Shown piece by piece: positions 1-14,257 of a stretch of 64,000 nt of DNA; position 1 is the first letter of the stretch; each line of letters starts with the position of its first letter. The stretch is from the human T2T-CHM13v2.0 reference genome, Homo sapiens. The DNA is taken from assembly GCF_009914755.1 (NCBI RefSeq), contig NC_060936.1; one strand, written 5' to 3'. The notes under the pieces were generated by a model. That model was not told where the DNA came from, made no database searches, and was given only the letters and a program-made list of their open reading frames with translations. Position numbers and translations under genes: made by a program.

Positions 1-327
1 GCAACTTTATTGGCATGACTAGGATAAACACATTACAGTGAGTGGAAAATGATCAGGCTAGAAATGTACGCTCAGAATTTGGTGTTGCTGCCAACACATC
101 AAGGTCAGACAGCAGGACTTACTTAGCATGTAGCAGATGTTCAATAAAGTTTATGGTATAAATGAATGAAAAGATGAATGGCAAATGAAATTCTGGGGTG
201 AGCCATATCCAAAATGAAACATGGACTATATGTTTTACTATCAGGTGCTGCATTATTAAATTTAGTTAATTTCATTATTTTACCATACTATCATTTTGAA
301 AGGAAGCTATTCTGTCATTAGAAAGTA

Positions 328-589
328 CAGTCCACCTTCCATGTCCAAACAGATAAAAAATATTCAGGAAAAAACAATTAAAAATAACAATAAAACAATT
401 TAAAATACAAATAAAAACAAAGTGACTATTTACAAAGCACTCACATTGCATGATTTACATAGTATTCGCATTGTATTAGATATTATAAGCAATCTAGAGA
501 TGATCTAAAGTATAGTGAAGGATAAGCATCCATGGATTTTGGTTTCTGAGGGGTGAAATAAACCCCCCATGGATAGCAAAGGACAACAG
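328..589 (-). mobile_element. MER2-family (Tigger/TcMar) MITE
   Basis: Matches the reverse complement of the MER2 core (cattgtattagatattataagcaatctagagatgatctaaagtata...catccatggattttggt), with TA dinucleotides flanking at 326-327 and 590-591. Confidence 0.8.
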
Positions 590-2029
590 TAATCTATTCT
601 TGAAATCTTATGTTTTTATAGTTACTTATTTGTGTACTATCATATTTACTTCTGAGTGTGTGAAACTGTTATTTTAGAAGTGATTTTTGTATTGTATATA
701 TAAAGTCTTTTCAAATAAGCATATTTATGTATCCTTTTACGACCTCCTTAATTACAATCTCTGTTTTATTCACTCATTCTCAAAAAGAACAAGGAAACAA
801 GGTGATACTGTGGAATCTTATTTTTTATTAGATAACTACAACTGGATTAATTACTTTAATTTCTCTCTTATTCAAGATGCTTTTAAATTAAATGCCTATA
901 CTGAGGCCTAGATGAATATTCTGAACACAAAAATTCTAAGAAATTATTTCAGTATAACCAATTTAAAGAACTTAATTATTTAACTTACACAATTTTAATA
1001 GATAAAATTAATAATTAATTTAAAAACAATGTTTATATAATTTCAATAATATTTATCACTATTATAGTAACCAAAATAATACTATATAATAACCAAAATT
1101 ATTGAACTTTAGAAATAAATGGCAAAACTACTTTATAAGGTTAATCAGAACCTCAGAAATTATGGATTGAAGAATCAACACTATTAAATATGTAAGCATA
1201 GAACTCTATGCAGGAGGAGAAAGTAAGAAAACCTTCTGGTTAAGTAAATTATTTCATATTACATTGTGTCCCCTTCTAAGTGTAAACTGCACTGTGTAAT
1301 ATACACATTTTTTTTTTCTTGAACAGACTTAGTCATAACAGTTAATTACAGAGACAGGTATTTACTTTGTAAATATAGATGCAACTAAATTGAAAGTATT
1401 ATTCTGGAACCAATGTATAGGTTTCTGACTTGCCAAACATGTTACAATTGAAATGTCAAGAAACAGTACCTTCTAGTATCTAAGTTATCAATCATGATGA
1501 CTATATCAATAAAAACTTATTATATGTTTGAACAATATAATGAAAAATATGAATCTTTTGTTATTTAATGTTTGGTGGTTTAAATATCAAAAATTCATGT
1601 GTGTAGCTTTCCAAAATGATAATAATTCAAATAAACAACTCAGTTCAATTAATACTCTAAATTCAATTTTTGACTAAATTTTACATAAGTGAAAAAGTAG
1701 TTTCCTATTTAGAAGATATGATCCCATTCACGCTAAACAGTAAAGTAGCTTTAGTCATTTTTGATGATGTAGGTTACCCAGAGAAACTATATTACAGATC
1801 TATGCCACCTACACTCAGTCCATCGACAACGAAACAAGTAGTTGTAATGTAGCCTATTAAAAATCAAATGAGTAATTCACATTTTTTCCATATAATAAAT
1901 AGTAACTGAGTCCTCTGCCATTCACTTTGCTCATCACTGAGGACACAGAAATCAAAGACCGATTTTTTTTTTCCCCCTAATGAAAGAGCCACAGTTCATG
2001 TACAGAGTGTGGTATGACAGGAACACATG

Positions 2030-3200
2030 GATACATGAAATTCCAGAGAAGAAGCATTAATCTCACGGGCTGAGAGGCCAGAGAAGGTATCTTAGGCGAG
2101 CTGTAATCTGAGCTAAGGTTTGAAGAATGAATAGGATTTAGCCAGATAAATAAGGGAAATAAATTGAAGCATTCTAAGCAAAGGAAATAAAAATAGGAAA
2201 AAAAACCAAGAAGCATTAGAATGTAACTAACTCAGGAATACATTAATAATTAAAACTGTGCCTGTAATATTAATGGTGGTAAATTGTATTTTTCAAAGAT
2301 GGATACCAGAAAATATCCTATCTTTGCATACTCTTTTGAACGTTAGCTTGTCCTACTCCCATCAAGATGAAGACTGGACTTCATTTCTTTGAATCTTAGC
2401 AGGCCCTGTGAGCACTTTAACCCATAGCATGTGGCAGAAGTTGGTAGCATAAAAGACACAAGCATAGCACTTCAATTACCTAACAACTTCTACCTTCTGC
2501 TTCTTGTAGCCCTAATCCTGGACCTCATGTAAGAAGTTCAGGAACCACAAGACTCTGCGGAAGAGAGGAGCCATAGAGGAGCACTGAGCTGCTAGACATG
2601 TGAGTGAAGAAACCATCCTTGCTTGACACCAGCCCATCAAAGACTTTGCATGATGCTAGTCCCATCTGCTTTCCAATTGGAACTGCATTGAGAGACTTTG
2701 GGTGAGAATTATCCAATCAACTCCCTGGTCAGAAAAAATAGTGATAAGGTGGTGTTTTAAGCCTCCATGTTTTGGAGTTTTTGTCAATAACAGTAAATAA
2801 CTGAGATATAAAGTGTCTGTTTTGATGGTGATGATGGAGTAGGTGGTAAGAGCTGGATAAGTGACTTGGAACCAGATTAAGAATGGTTTTCATGGCATTT
2901 AAGATTTTGGTTTTAGTTTTAAGGGCAATGCTATGGCAAAAAGAAATTAATTGATTTAATACAACTTTTTTTTGCTAGAAATGGGGATTTGATCCAATTT
3001 ATACTAAATATCACAATATAAATTAAAAGAGGTGAGCACTAGAATGAGGAGACTCAGTTGAAGGGTGCTTCAGTAATTGAAGTAAAAATGATAAGTCTGA
3101 ACTAAAATGGCAACAGTAGGAAGAAGGGGATACAAGTGATGTCAAGATTTACCTAGGAGATAAAATTTGTAGGACTTGATCAGTTGTATAGGAGAGATAT
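2030..3200 (-). mobile_element. L2 fragment interrupted by an MLT1 LTR
   Basis: L2-like purine-rich tracts (gagctaaggtttgaagaatgaataggattt; ctgaactaaaatggcaacagtagg; taggacttgatcagttg) on both sides of the LTR. Boundaries approximate. Confidence 0.55.
2275..2808 (+). mobile_element. MLT1G/H-type MaLR solo LTR
   Basis: Internal motifs gacatgtgagtgaag and ctgcattgagagact, and the MLT1 3' terminus ttttaagcc...ttttggagtt...aaataactgagata. Confidence 0.7.
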
Positions 3201-3209
3201 AATTTTAGG

Positions 3210-3560
3210 TACTTAATTAGTAAAAAGTGATGGCAACTCAAATTTTCCTAAGCCAAAGTGGGATATGTTTTCAGGATAATGGTGCTTCTCTTGGAACTCA
3301 AAGACTGGGATGTGTCTGGGTCTCAGGGACAACTGGAACTGGGAACCGAAATGTCACTTTCCACTTTTTAACTCTGCTCCTACCTAAATCTTTATTTTCT
3401 TTCTCTGTACCATGGCTTCTTCCAATTTTCTTATTATAATGGAGGAACACATGGCCTCCAAATTGACCAAGATTTACATCTAATAGTTTTAAGATCCAAC
3501 AAAATCTACTATCTCTTTCTCAGATCCAGGAACAAAATGTTCAAGAAATCTTCTGATCAG
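3210..3560 (-). mobile_element. Old MLT1 (J/K-like) LTR fragment
   Basis: Degenerate similarity to the antisense MLT1 end (aactcaaatt...aagccaaag, acatggcctcc...ttacatct). Confidence 0.35.
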
Positions 3561-4841
3561 ATATTTGAAAAGAATTGATTTTAATTTGCTCATGTCCTCA
3601 AAGCAACAAGGGGAGTTTGAGGTGTAGTGAATAGTTTCTTAGAAGAACAACGATTGTATTCCAATTAAGGGAACATAATTCTTGATCTTAGATCAGGTGG
3701 ACATTTATAGTTCTGGGATTTGAAATATAAATGTTTTCTGAACTAAAAACGTATACAGTTATTTCAGCACAAGAACTGAAGGCTGTTCAGAAATGTATAC
3801 CAAAGTTTTTCTTGTTCAGTACCATGTGAGATCATTTCAAACTCTCAGTAACAGAGATGAGTCAACCTTCTAATAAGTATTGGTCTTCTCTTTCTCTAAA
3901 GATAGACATTTTTGGGGGAATAGGATCTCAGAGTACAGTTTGTGATCAAATCTCAAAAAAGTTTATTGCATTTACAACAGCATTTTTCAAAGAGAACACC
4001 TCTAAATACGACACACAGTTTTGTGGTCACACGAATCCTCAAAGTGCTATATTTTATGTCTGCCTTCAAGGTATTCACTATATAGATGAGAAGATTAAAA
4101 GCTCTAAGAAATCTGTAAACACACACATGCTTCTAAAACTAGTATTTTCTAATGTATTTGACAACCTTTTTAATAGTCTTTCTAATATCCCATATTATAT
4201 GTTGTAGGAAATTCATATAAAGTAATATTGATTTAGATATCTAAGTCCATGATTTCAAAATGGAAAGTTTTTGTCCCAATTTAAGACATATGGTATGTAA
4301 TATAGCATAAGATATAATAATGTGTATAAAACGTCTTCACTGATACTCTTAGTCAAATGACATTTTATTGATATAACTTTAATTAATGAATGATGTTGGC
4401 ACATTAATCCTTTTCTGTTTCCCAGTAGATATTATGCTTTATTATTCTGCAATTCTTGAAATTGATAATTTATAAATCTTAACAGGCACAATTTTCAAAC
4501 AGTGACAGACTTTCATGAGGAGAAAAGAAATATTTAGTCATAGGTTTGTTTAAATTAATATTTTCACCATTTGGGATGACAAAGCACAAAAAATTACAAT
4601 TTCTTTTTATAGAGGATAAGAATAAAATTAGAGCACAAATCTGTAAGTCAGTAAATTAATAGAGTTGAGATTTTTAAAACATCTAGTATTTTAATGCAAT
4701 GAAGAGAAGAAAACATACAGAATCCCACAACTCATGTCTGCAGATCAATAAAAAGGTACAGACTTGATACATATTACTGCTATGCTTCTTCTGGGTACTT
4801 AAATATGGCTCTAACAAAATATAATAGGCCACTGTCAAATT

Positions 4842-5028
4842 CAGTGTTTTCTGAACCTTGTCGCCCATCAGGATAATTCAGAGTTTTTAAAAATAGAGAC
4901 CCTTGGGGTTTCATCCTCTAAATTAAGTGTTAGTTGGGATGGAACTAAGAAATGTTTATGTTTAAAAGCATCTCTGGTGATTCTGACATCACTGGTCTGT
5001 AACTAGCCATGATATGTGGGAAACACTG
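4842..5028. mobile_element. MER5-family hAT-Charlie MITE
   Basis: Terminal inverted repeats CAGTGTTTTC and GGAAACACTG, plus the internal ...aagcatctctggtgattctga motif. Confidence 0.65.
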
Positions 5029-6137
5029 GACTGGGTGTTCCTGGATCATTTGGCTACTATTTCCAAATACTGTAAATACTGTGTGTTATATTATATATTC
5101 CAACTTTTCAATTATCTTTACTTATTCATCAAAATGAAATGTTATTAATTAGACCAATACTTTGAAGTGATGGTAGCCTAATAATATTCCTTGATAAATG
5201 CACGGTGGTCATTTTACCAAAATTAATCAGATGAATACATAAAAGTTTATGGCTGTCAATTGAATAATACTTCTTATCATGAATAATGCAAATGGGTTTA
5301 TTGGGGTCCTAACATTTTAAACTACATACATGTCAAACTTAATTAACTCTGCTTTCATAACCACCTACAGAATGTCTTACCCTTTTTTCATGCACATTAG
5401 AAGATGCAAAACTCTGAACTGTTTTCCACAAACTAACATAACATATATTGATAGGACTTAATAGGCTATCTTACAAGTGAAGGCTAATTGCTAAAGGTGA
5501 GATTAGGTAAGTTGAAAAGTGGTGCTGGACATCAAACAAGTGGGAAAATTTGTGCAAGTTTTTAATCAATATTTTGATAGGTTATTATAGTTCAATATAT
5601 CTACCCCCTACATTAACTTCCGTGGTTGTGGAGTATTAAAAAAAAAATCAAGCAAAACTTTATCAGTGATAATCAACCAATTTAAGAGAGAAATTCCACA
5701 TATGGCCTAAAACCTGGGGGCTACCCATTGTTGGGATCCTTATTACTGAAATTCACCATCAATCTAATAGAAGCTAAAATATAAGATGTACATGAGGACT
5801 GCACATCTTTCACTTTTTGCACTTATTTGCATTTTTAATCAGCAAGAATGTTGAAAATTAATTTTTATTTCAATAAAAATTCAATATTAGTTTCAATAAA
5901 AGTCAAGCTGTTAATTTCTTAACTGCTGAAAATATTTTTTAAAATATTTGTAGAAGTGATCTAAGTTATCTTGATGACTGGCATTTTTTTTTCCCTCAAT
6001 GAGACCATCAGCAGTAAAAGGAGGAATTAAACAGGAAGTATTTATCAGGTCTCATTCTTATATGCTTTTACTGAAGTGTATTTCTCTCCCTGATCAATAG
6101 CTATGCATTAGAGAGGACAGATATAGATCTTATATCT

Positions 6138-6159
6138 ACACACACACACACACACACAC
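6138..6159. repeat. (AC)11 microsatellite
   Basis: Read directly. Confidence 0.95.
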
Positions 6160-8220
6160 GTATACATATACATAAAAATACAGATATTATACGTATGTAT
6201 AGGTATAATAATATAAAGAGTAATTTCTAAATAAATATTTGTCTAGAAATTTGACTGAACTCTGTGGGTGGAGGGACAAGATCTTTTATTCATCATGATA
6301 TTCCCAAATCCCAGTTTCTGATAGAGTAAAGACTCCCCAAATCCCCATATCTTAAATGGATATTTATATCCTTTCTATAGAGGCATCCAATTTCAAACTT
6401 ACTTTGGTTAAAATCCCTGCATATTTTCTTTCCCATTGACCAAAGTGGAGAAGTATCTTTAAAACTGGTCAACCCTAGCAAGCTATTTAATAGCTACAGT
6501 GAATGCTTTCTTACTCAAAGATCTCATCATTAAAGCTATCAATTGTTCCAGGAATCAGCATTATTTCAGCAGTTTTCACCAGCTATCTTTAAAACTAGTC
6601 TTTGTATAGGTGAATAGGTATAGAAATTTCCTTTCTCTATAATTTAAGCTAATTCATAAAAATACACTAAGCTAGGTCATTACTCAGAGTTAAATACTTT
6701 CAGATTATAACTGAGCCTTCTCAAATTAAATGGCATTTAGCTCACTAAATGTGTAATTTACTTAAAAGTATTAATAGTCTTGAGAGAATTAGTGCTTATG
6801 CTAAAATATAATTACAAACTCTCTGGCCATAAATTATTTTTCTAATACCATCTGAGACTCAGAAAATGTGTGTAAAGGCATGCCATGGCCTAATCTGGGT
6901 AGCACAATTATAGGGGATTATCTCTGGAATTGGTGGTCCTGTCTCAAATCTACCATTATAATAGGGAAAGTAATGTTTAAACAGTTTTTGCATTATTCTT
7001 GTTATTCTTAAGATACTCCATTTATACTCAAATCACCCTAAAAAGATAAGAATCTATCAAGTTTATGAAATAAAACTTTCTGAATTCCCAGGTTGTGGCT
7101 CATTTCTCAAAGGGGATGTAGATGACTCATTCTGCCTAGTGTATAAATAATATCATTGCATAATGCCCAATTCTTCTAGCAACTAAGTTGAAATATATAG
7201 AGAATCATATTCATGCTTTTCCACATTTTCTTTGTACTTCTCAAGTTGTGGAGCTTGGACGTAAGCCAGTACTTAGAATGAATGGAAGATTGATCAGTAG
7301 TTACTGTGATCTACATTTCTTTATCCTAGGGCAACTATATTTTCATACACATTACAATTTGATACAAGCTTGCTGACAATAATTAGAAAATTCAGGCAAT
7401 CAAAATACAAATAAATCAATAATAGTTACACTACCTGGAGAGAACATTCCCGTGCTTTCACATGGAATATAGGATGGCCCTCGCACATTGGTGGTAGTGG
7501 AGACAGCCCATCCCAGTGTGATCACAGAGCTGTAGAACAATGCACATCAAAGAAGCCAGGACAGCAGAAGGAGTTAACAGTCTCTCAAAGGATTTGTTTA
7601 GGAGGACTTCCAAGATATCTACAGGGACTTGAAAAATACTTGAAGAGGTGGCTATGTATTTCTGATCCTGTAATGGCAGGTGTGGGCAGAGCTGGTGAAA
7701 AAGGGATTACTACTTTCTAATTTCCACTCTGGCTGGAGTGGCCTGGGGAAGCACACACTATAATATATGTTACGAATATGTGTGTTTTTCCATTCTATAT
7801 CACACAATGGCATTAGTGTCATTTCTAGAAGAGTGTATTGTGTATTCAAAAGGCCAAAATATAGTCCCTTCTAAACTAGAACAAGTATAATACTTATTCT
7901 GATAAGTTCTTGAATTACAATATATGGCTACTTGGCTAGCTTAATCTATTTTCTTAAATTCATTTCAGAGTTAATAGCCCTGAAAATTAAGAAATCTTTG
8001 AACCATTTGAAAAAGACATACTTTGTGCAATAGCTGAAACAATTTTAAAACACACAGAGAAAATACTACCCTTCATTTATTTAAAGGAGTTAAGAATTGC
8101 TTCAAGGTACTCTAACTGATAGAAAATGTGGGTAATATCAGCTAATCATATTTCAACAATAAGAGGGTTAAAGGACCTTGATGCTCATTATTAAAAAGGA
8201 ATGTGGGTGTGGTAGAAACA

Positions 8221-8282
8221 GCGTGTGCATTTGCACGTGTGGATGCATGTGCATGCACGTGCATGTGTGTGTGTGCACATAT
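8221..8282. repeat. Imperfect (TG)/(TGCA) alternating purine-pyrimidine tract
   Basis: gcgtgtgcatttgcacgtgtggatgcatgtgcatgcacgtgcatgtgtgtgtgtgcacat. Confidence 0.8.
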
Positions 8283-9180
8283 AATAGTTAGCAAGGATAT
8301 TATAGGACAATAAAACATGACACAATATTGTCATTCCAGAGTTGTTGTGTGTTATGGGTCCTTCAAAGGACTCAAATTTTATTTCGTTGTATTCTATTGG
8401 GAGAAAAATAATTTTTATTCCAAAGCTAAGTTAATGTTTTCATGTTGCATAATCAAAATGATGACTTTGATCTAATGAGATTTTATAAGCACATTAAAAA
8501 TTATACCCTTATAATTATAAACGTACCATTAGAAGACTCTTTTTCTTAGAAACTCCGTTATAAACTTAAGAATGGGTTCAATTGCTATTGTGTCAAGGAT
8601 TTCTCAAAAACATCAAAAGGAAAACTTTTTTATATTTAGGTGAGATCTTGTAAACCTCTTTGAAATTATAAATGCAAGATACTTATTAAGTGATTTTACA
8701 TTTCATTTATTTTTCTTACCCAATGCTTTTTACATGATGCTTAGTTGTTTTTTTTTTGTTGTTGTTTTTTTGCAATCTTCTGTCTCATTTCCCCCAACCC
8801 AAATAATTTGACACACATCGTTTCAAATAAATTAACATCCTATCTCAGTGGACTCCTTTGGCCAAAATAGAAAGTTCAAATCCTAATTTGTGGGCTGACA
8901 CATGTGGCCTCCTCTATCCAAGATATAACACGTTATTACACTTTGCACTAACAGACACTGAAGAGCTATGAGCCTTCTTTCTTATTCTTGTCTTTTAAAC
9001 TGAGGTTTGAATTGACGTATACCTGTGATCCTGAATAATACAGGTACTGTAGACTGGAATGTAAAAGAGACAAAAGTAAGGTCCAAATGGTACAGATACT
9101 AGAGGTAGTGTGGTAAAGGTGTTTAAAATATTATCAAAAGTACGGGCATGTCTTTAAAAAAACAGAATTGTGGTGGGGGG

Positions 9181-9250
9181 TATGTGTGTGTGTGTCTGTG
9201 TGTATGTGTGTGTGAGAGAGAGAGAGAGAGCTAGAGAGAGAGACAGAGAG
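9181..9250. repeat. Compound (TG)n(GA)n microsatellite
   Basis: Read directly. Confidence 0.95.
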
Positions 9251-11507
9251 AACAGGCAAAGGAGAGAAAGAACAAATCCTAATTTAGCTTTAGATGTAGA
9301 ACTATATGTGAAAGGTGGAAGGTAATCATATGTCATTAGTTTTACATTCTTACATGACCTCACCATCTGATTGTTTTTATAGAAATACTAGCAGAGTCAT
9401 ATGTGTTTTAAAAAAGAACTAGGAGAATTCATTAGGATGACTTACTTCTTTCATAAATAAAAACTGGATTGACTTATTTAATAAATGTCCTGTAAGAGCC
9501 TATGTGTCAGGCAGAAAACCAGACTCTCTCTCAGAGAATACTTCTTCAGATCTTAAAATTTTGGTCTAAATATTTTAACTGAGCTTAAATGTGTTCAAAA
9601 ATTTGCCTTTACTGCCTTTCAACATCATGTAACCCTAGATTTATAAACACAGAAAAGCATGGAATAGAAGAAAAAGGTCGTATTTGGAATCGCAGAGATG
9701 TAAGTCTATTTCTCAGCTCTAGTACAGGTGCCTCTGATTCTATTAAGATGGGAATAAGTTATTAATGAACATACAAGCTTAAATTTATAAAATTTAGAGA
9801 AATAAATCTATCTGAAAACAGCTGATAATTTTTAATCTATTGAAACTTCTGATCAGGGAAGAATAGATATCAACAAATCACCTTTTATGCAAAAGACTTT
9901 CTGCCCACGTTTTAAATCAATGAGCTTTGTTCCTAAATGAAAAACTAATTGTGTATGTATGTGTGTGTGTATTTATATATAATCTTAGCTATTTTATGCA
10001 ATGATTTACATAACTCACTAAGTTTAAAAGTGTAATGGCATTCCAAATTTTTTCCTATGATTCATTTAAGATAACAGCATCTATTTCTATTGTAGTTTAC
10101 ATGAGAAGAAAGAAAGACCCAGGCTGTGTATATGATATGAGATGGCAAAGAGCAAACTTCATGAACAGAATATGCTGTCTCCTATGTTCCACCTTTCCCT
10201 TATGATATTGCAGCAAATTTAATCTCACTAGTTTCAGACATAACATTTCAATTAGCATAGCTAATAATTTAGAAAAACAATTTTGGAGGCTTTTTAATAT
10301 GATAGGCAACTATGATAGTATAAGTAAGAATTAGACACAGTTCATGCTTCAAAAACTTACAATCTCTCATGTGAAGCAAATAGAAATACAGTAATGAATT
10401 AATGAGGTAAGTGTAGAGATTGTGATGTGCCAGGGTAATACAGGAGGGAGTCCCCCCCCAAAAAAAACGTTAAGCAAATCTGTTGGTATGTTAGAAAAAC
10501 TCCTGTCCAAAGGGCTCATATAGCTATCTTCCTATTACTTCCCCTCTCTCTGATAAATAAATTTTATATTCTCTGGAGTGCTGTCTGGGGTAATTTTACA
10601 AATCACTTTTTTTAAATTATAGCATAGGGTTCAGATGGAATTAGTAACAGACGCAAGCTGCCAACTTCGGTTTCTTATGTGAAAGCCACTTGTTCTCAAA
10701 GGGTCTCCACTTTCTAGGCTTGCTTGGTTTTTGTTTTCTGAGTCTGGTTCAAACTTTACCATATGTTCTTAAAAAAATTAACTGCTTAAGAGTTGATTTA
10801 TCTTGTCTGCATTGAATAGCTTATTATCTTTAACCATGCATCTACCTGGAGTATTCTTTTGATGAAGTTTTACCAAACAAAATTCTAACTAGACTTTCTT
10901 TTAACCTTAACAAATACTTCATGTTCACATTTATGTTTTGCTAATGTCAGAAAACAGGTATCATCAAAGATAAAAATCATTTAATAAGTTAATATTGACA
11001 GTACTTCTTTTATTCTAAAGTTTTGTTGTCTCTTAAAAAGATAGGCCTTTATGTTTTTCAGATCTAGTTTTATAGGTCTGTAACAGATTGTCTGTTGCTA
11101 AGCATTCCAGAAAAAGAAATGTAACTTAGAGGGTACAAAAAGAAAATTATAAAATCCAGTGAAAGAAACATAAAAATTGAATACATCTAAAAGTAGTAAG
11201 TTATAAGAAGAATAAATTATGCTACTTTAAGCCAAGGGTTAATTGTCTTGATGTTCTTTGAATATAAAATTATAATTATAGCCAAAAATAATTAGGCCAG
11301 TACATAAAATGAAAATAATTCTGAAAATGGTACCCTATTATATTTACTGCCAAGTGTTTATTTTTATTCTACAGATAGTCACAGAGAAAACACTATTAGG
11401 GGAAAACATTGAAAACTTATATAGTTAGAACTGAAGATGATAGGTAAATAAGTTTCACTGAGGAATATTTCAAGAACATGTAGGCATTTTGTAAGAGAGT
11501 ATGTTGA

Positions 11508-11892
<385 letters not shown>

Positions 11893-12679
11893 TCAGGATA
11901 TTAGGCAAGGAAAGATATTCTTGCAAGTCATTGCCAATGTCAATAGACAACGAACATTGTCTAAACAGAGATGTCATGGCCCTCATTTTTTGTCTTTCTT
12001 TTTGAGGAGTGAATGTCTCCATCTTGTCCTCTTTTCTATATATATGTTCTTCTTGTTTTTAAATTATCTTTCCTAAGAAACTTCACTACATATTCCTGCC
12101 CAAGTATATCAGTTTGTCTATGTCATTGCTTCTGTCTTTTATCTCCTCTGGTTTGTGACTCCACTACTTAGTCTGGGTCCCCCTTTCTTCTGGCATCTCC
12201 ACTAGATCCTGAGCCTGAACTTCAAACATTATACACTATTGACAGCACTTAAGGATTTACTAACACGTGCTTTTCATACATGTACAACCTCTGTTCTACT
12301 GTCTTAGATTTCTCTTTTCCACAATTACCCTTCTTAAAGAGGTAGTCCAACTTCACTGTTTCCACTTGCTTTTCAAGTGGAAAAGCTTGTGGAACTTGCT
12401 TGTGGAAAAACGTGTTTACTCCATACTCATTGCAATCTGGTTTCCTTTTTAGTGAATTAAATCCAAAATCCTCTTCTTAGTTCACATCTAATCTTTTAAA
12501 TATATGACATAATATGTGACATAATATGACTCAAGAACAACCCCTCTACTCAGCATGGAGGTCTGTTGAGAAAACAGACTACAGCTCACCAGAAGAAATC
12601 AACACACGCTGTTAAAATCAGCTAATTGAACTGCTTTACTCTAAATATAAATGACTTAAATCTTAGCATCTATGATGAT

Positions 12680-12890
12680 ACACTAGTCAGTCGTTATTCA
12701 TTAATTTGTGTATTTAAAAGATATAAAGCCATTATCATGCAGCAGGCATCATTACAGATGCTAAGTTATAAAGCTGAGAATCATATGGTCCCAGCATTTG
12801 TGAGGGGAAAAAGTACACAAATAATTGTAATAAAATGTGTTATGCTATAATAGAGATATTTGCCATTGCAGTATGGTATCATAGAAGATG
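12680..12890 (-). mobile_element. L2 3' fragment
   Basis: ttattcattaatt...caggcatcattacagatgct...atggtcccagc resembles the antisense L2 tail. Confidence 0.45.
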
Positions 12891-13204
12891 AGTCACTTAC
12901 AAAAAACCTTTAATACATATCATTGTGTCCAAGTATATAAAAACAATAAAAAAGTATTCAACATAAATCTTTTTATTTAAAAGGGAATAAAAAATTGGCT
13001 TCTAAAGATTTTTGTGTGAATGACATCAAACATCACTCACTCATTTTGCAAAATAGACATAAGTATGAAAAACAATTATTTTGAATGTATTATTAATTCT
13101 GATAAACATTGTACATAGAAATCATTCATCTTCATTGAACATTCATGACATTGATCATTCAAATAGCACTTCAAAAGCAGAGCATTTGAAATGAGAAAAT
13201 TTAC

Positions 13205-13380
13205 AGAACTATAGATTTTTCAAGCTGAAGGAAAGAAACTTAGAGACTATTTGGTCCACACTCATCATTTTACAAAGAAGGAATTGATGCTCTGGGAGAC
13301 ACTTGCACACAAATTCTCTGAAGCATAACTGAAATAGAAGCGAGCCTGCTCTACTGCTAGTGACCTTTCTACCAAAATGC
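13205..13380 (-). mobile_element. MIR fragment
   Basis: Core ctcatcattttacaaagaaggaattgatgctc. Confidence 0.6.
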
Positions 13381-13417
13381 AAACTGACCAAAATAGGTTG
13401 TCTGTACAGTGAACTGC

Positions 13418-14257
13418 TATTAAGGATGGAGTTCTTTTGTTGGTTTTGAGGTTTCCGGAGTTGGCTGCTTAATATGATTAGGCCCAAAAATGCTAAGGAC
13501 TCTACTTCCAATAGTATGTAGAACACTGATAGTCCTTGGTGTGAACTGTTTAGAGAGTTATGCAAAATAAATGCATTTAACATTCCTGATTCACTGCTTG
13601 TGAGAGGCAAGCAGTTTACTGACCCTATACCTAATACCTTTGACCATATGCGGAGAACCAAGGAACATAATGAAGCTGGTTGGTTGTTTCTAAGTTCAGT
13701 GGACAAAGTGATGAAAGAAAATGATGTACTCAGGGATGCTAACTCCCGGCTTCAAAAGCAGATACTGAGCCTCAAATCTGCTAAGACTGCCCTGAGTGAG
13801 AGTCTTATCCTCTCTGTAGAGAAAGAGTTGAAATTGTGGAAAAACAGACACAAGCTCTTATCATACAAGTGGCTGACCTGCAAGGAAAGGTGCATGCACA
13901 ACCTCACCAGCTGTCTACTGTTAAAGTGAGGGCATTGATTGGAAAAGAATAGGACCCTGCAACTCGGAATGGGGATGTGTGGGAGGACCCTGATAAAGCT
14001 GGAGATACTGAGTTTATAAACTCTGATGAACCTTTTTTGCCAGAAGAAACAGCTTACCCATCCCCAGTAGTGGTAACATCCCCTCCCCGATCCATGCTGC
14101 CATCAGCCTCTCCACCTTTGTCTGAGGAGATAAACCCTGTGCTGCCTGAGGCAACAGTGATGACCTCCCCTGAGGCAGTTGCCAGGCAAGATAATGTTGA
14201 TTCTCCTCAGGAGCCACCCCCAACACTCCTGTTTGCTTCTAGACCTATAACTAGACT
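13418..14257 (+). mobile_element. HERV-L internal fragment (leader and 5' gag, decayed)
   Basis: The ORF-track pieces 13600-13929 and 13977-14264 are ERV-L gag-like (WEDPDKAGDTEFINSDE, proline-rich region), with a frameshift and stops. The nucleotide sequence matches the HERVL-int 5' end as recalled. Confidence 0.85.

Noticed and set aside
687-10309. Short AT-rich ORFs of 60-116 aa here and throughout the window
   Set aside because: Low-complexity F/L/I/K-rich translations, often with non-ATG starts and no recognisable domains; expected by chance.
13209-13706. 165-aa minus-strand ORF
   Set aside because: It runs antisense across HERV-L and MIR sequence, with no recognisable protein or splice structure.
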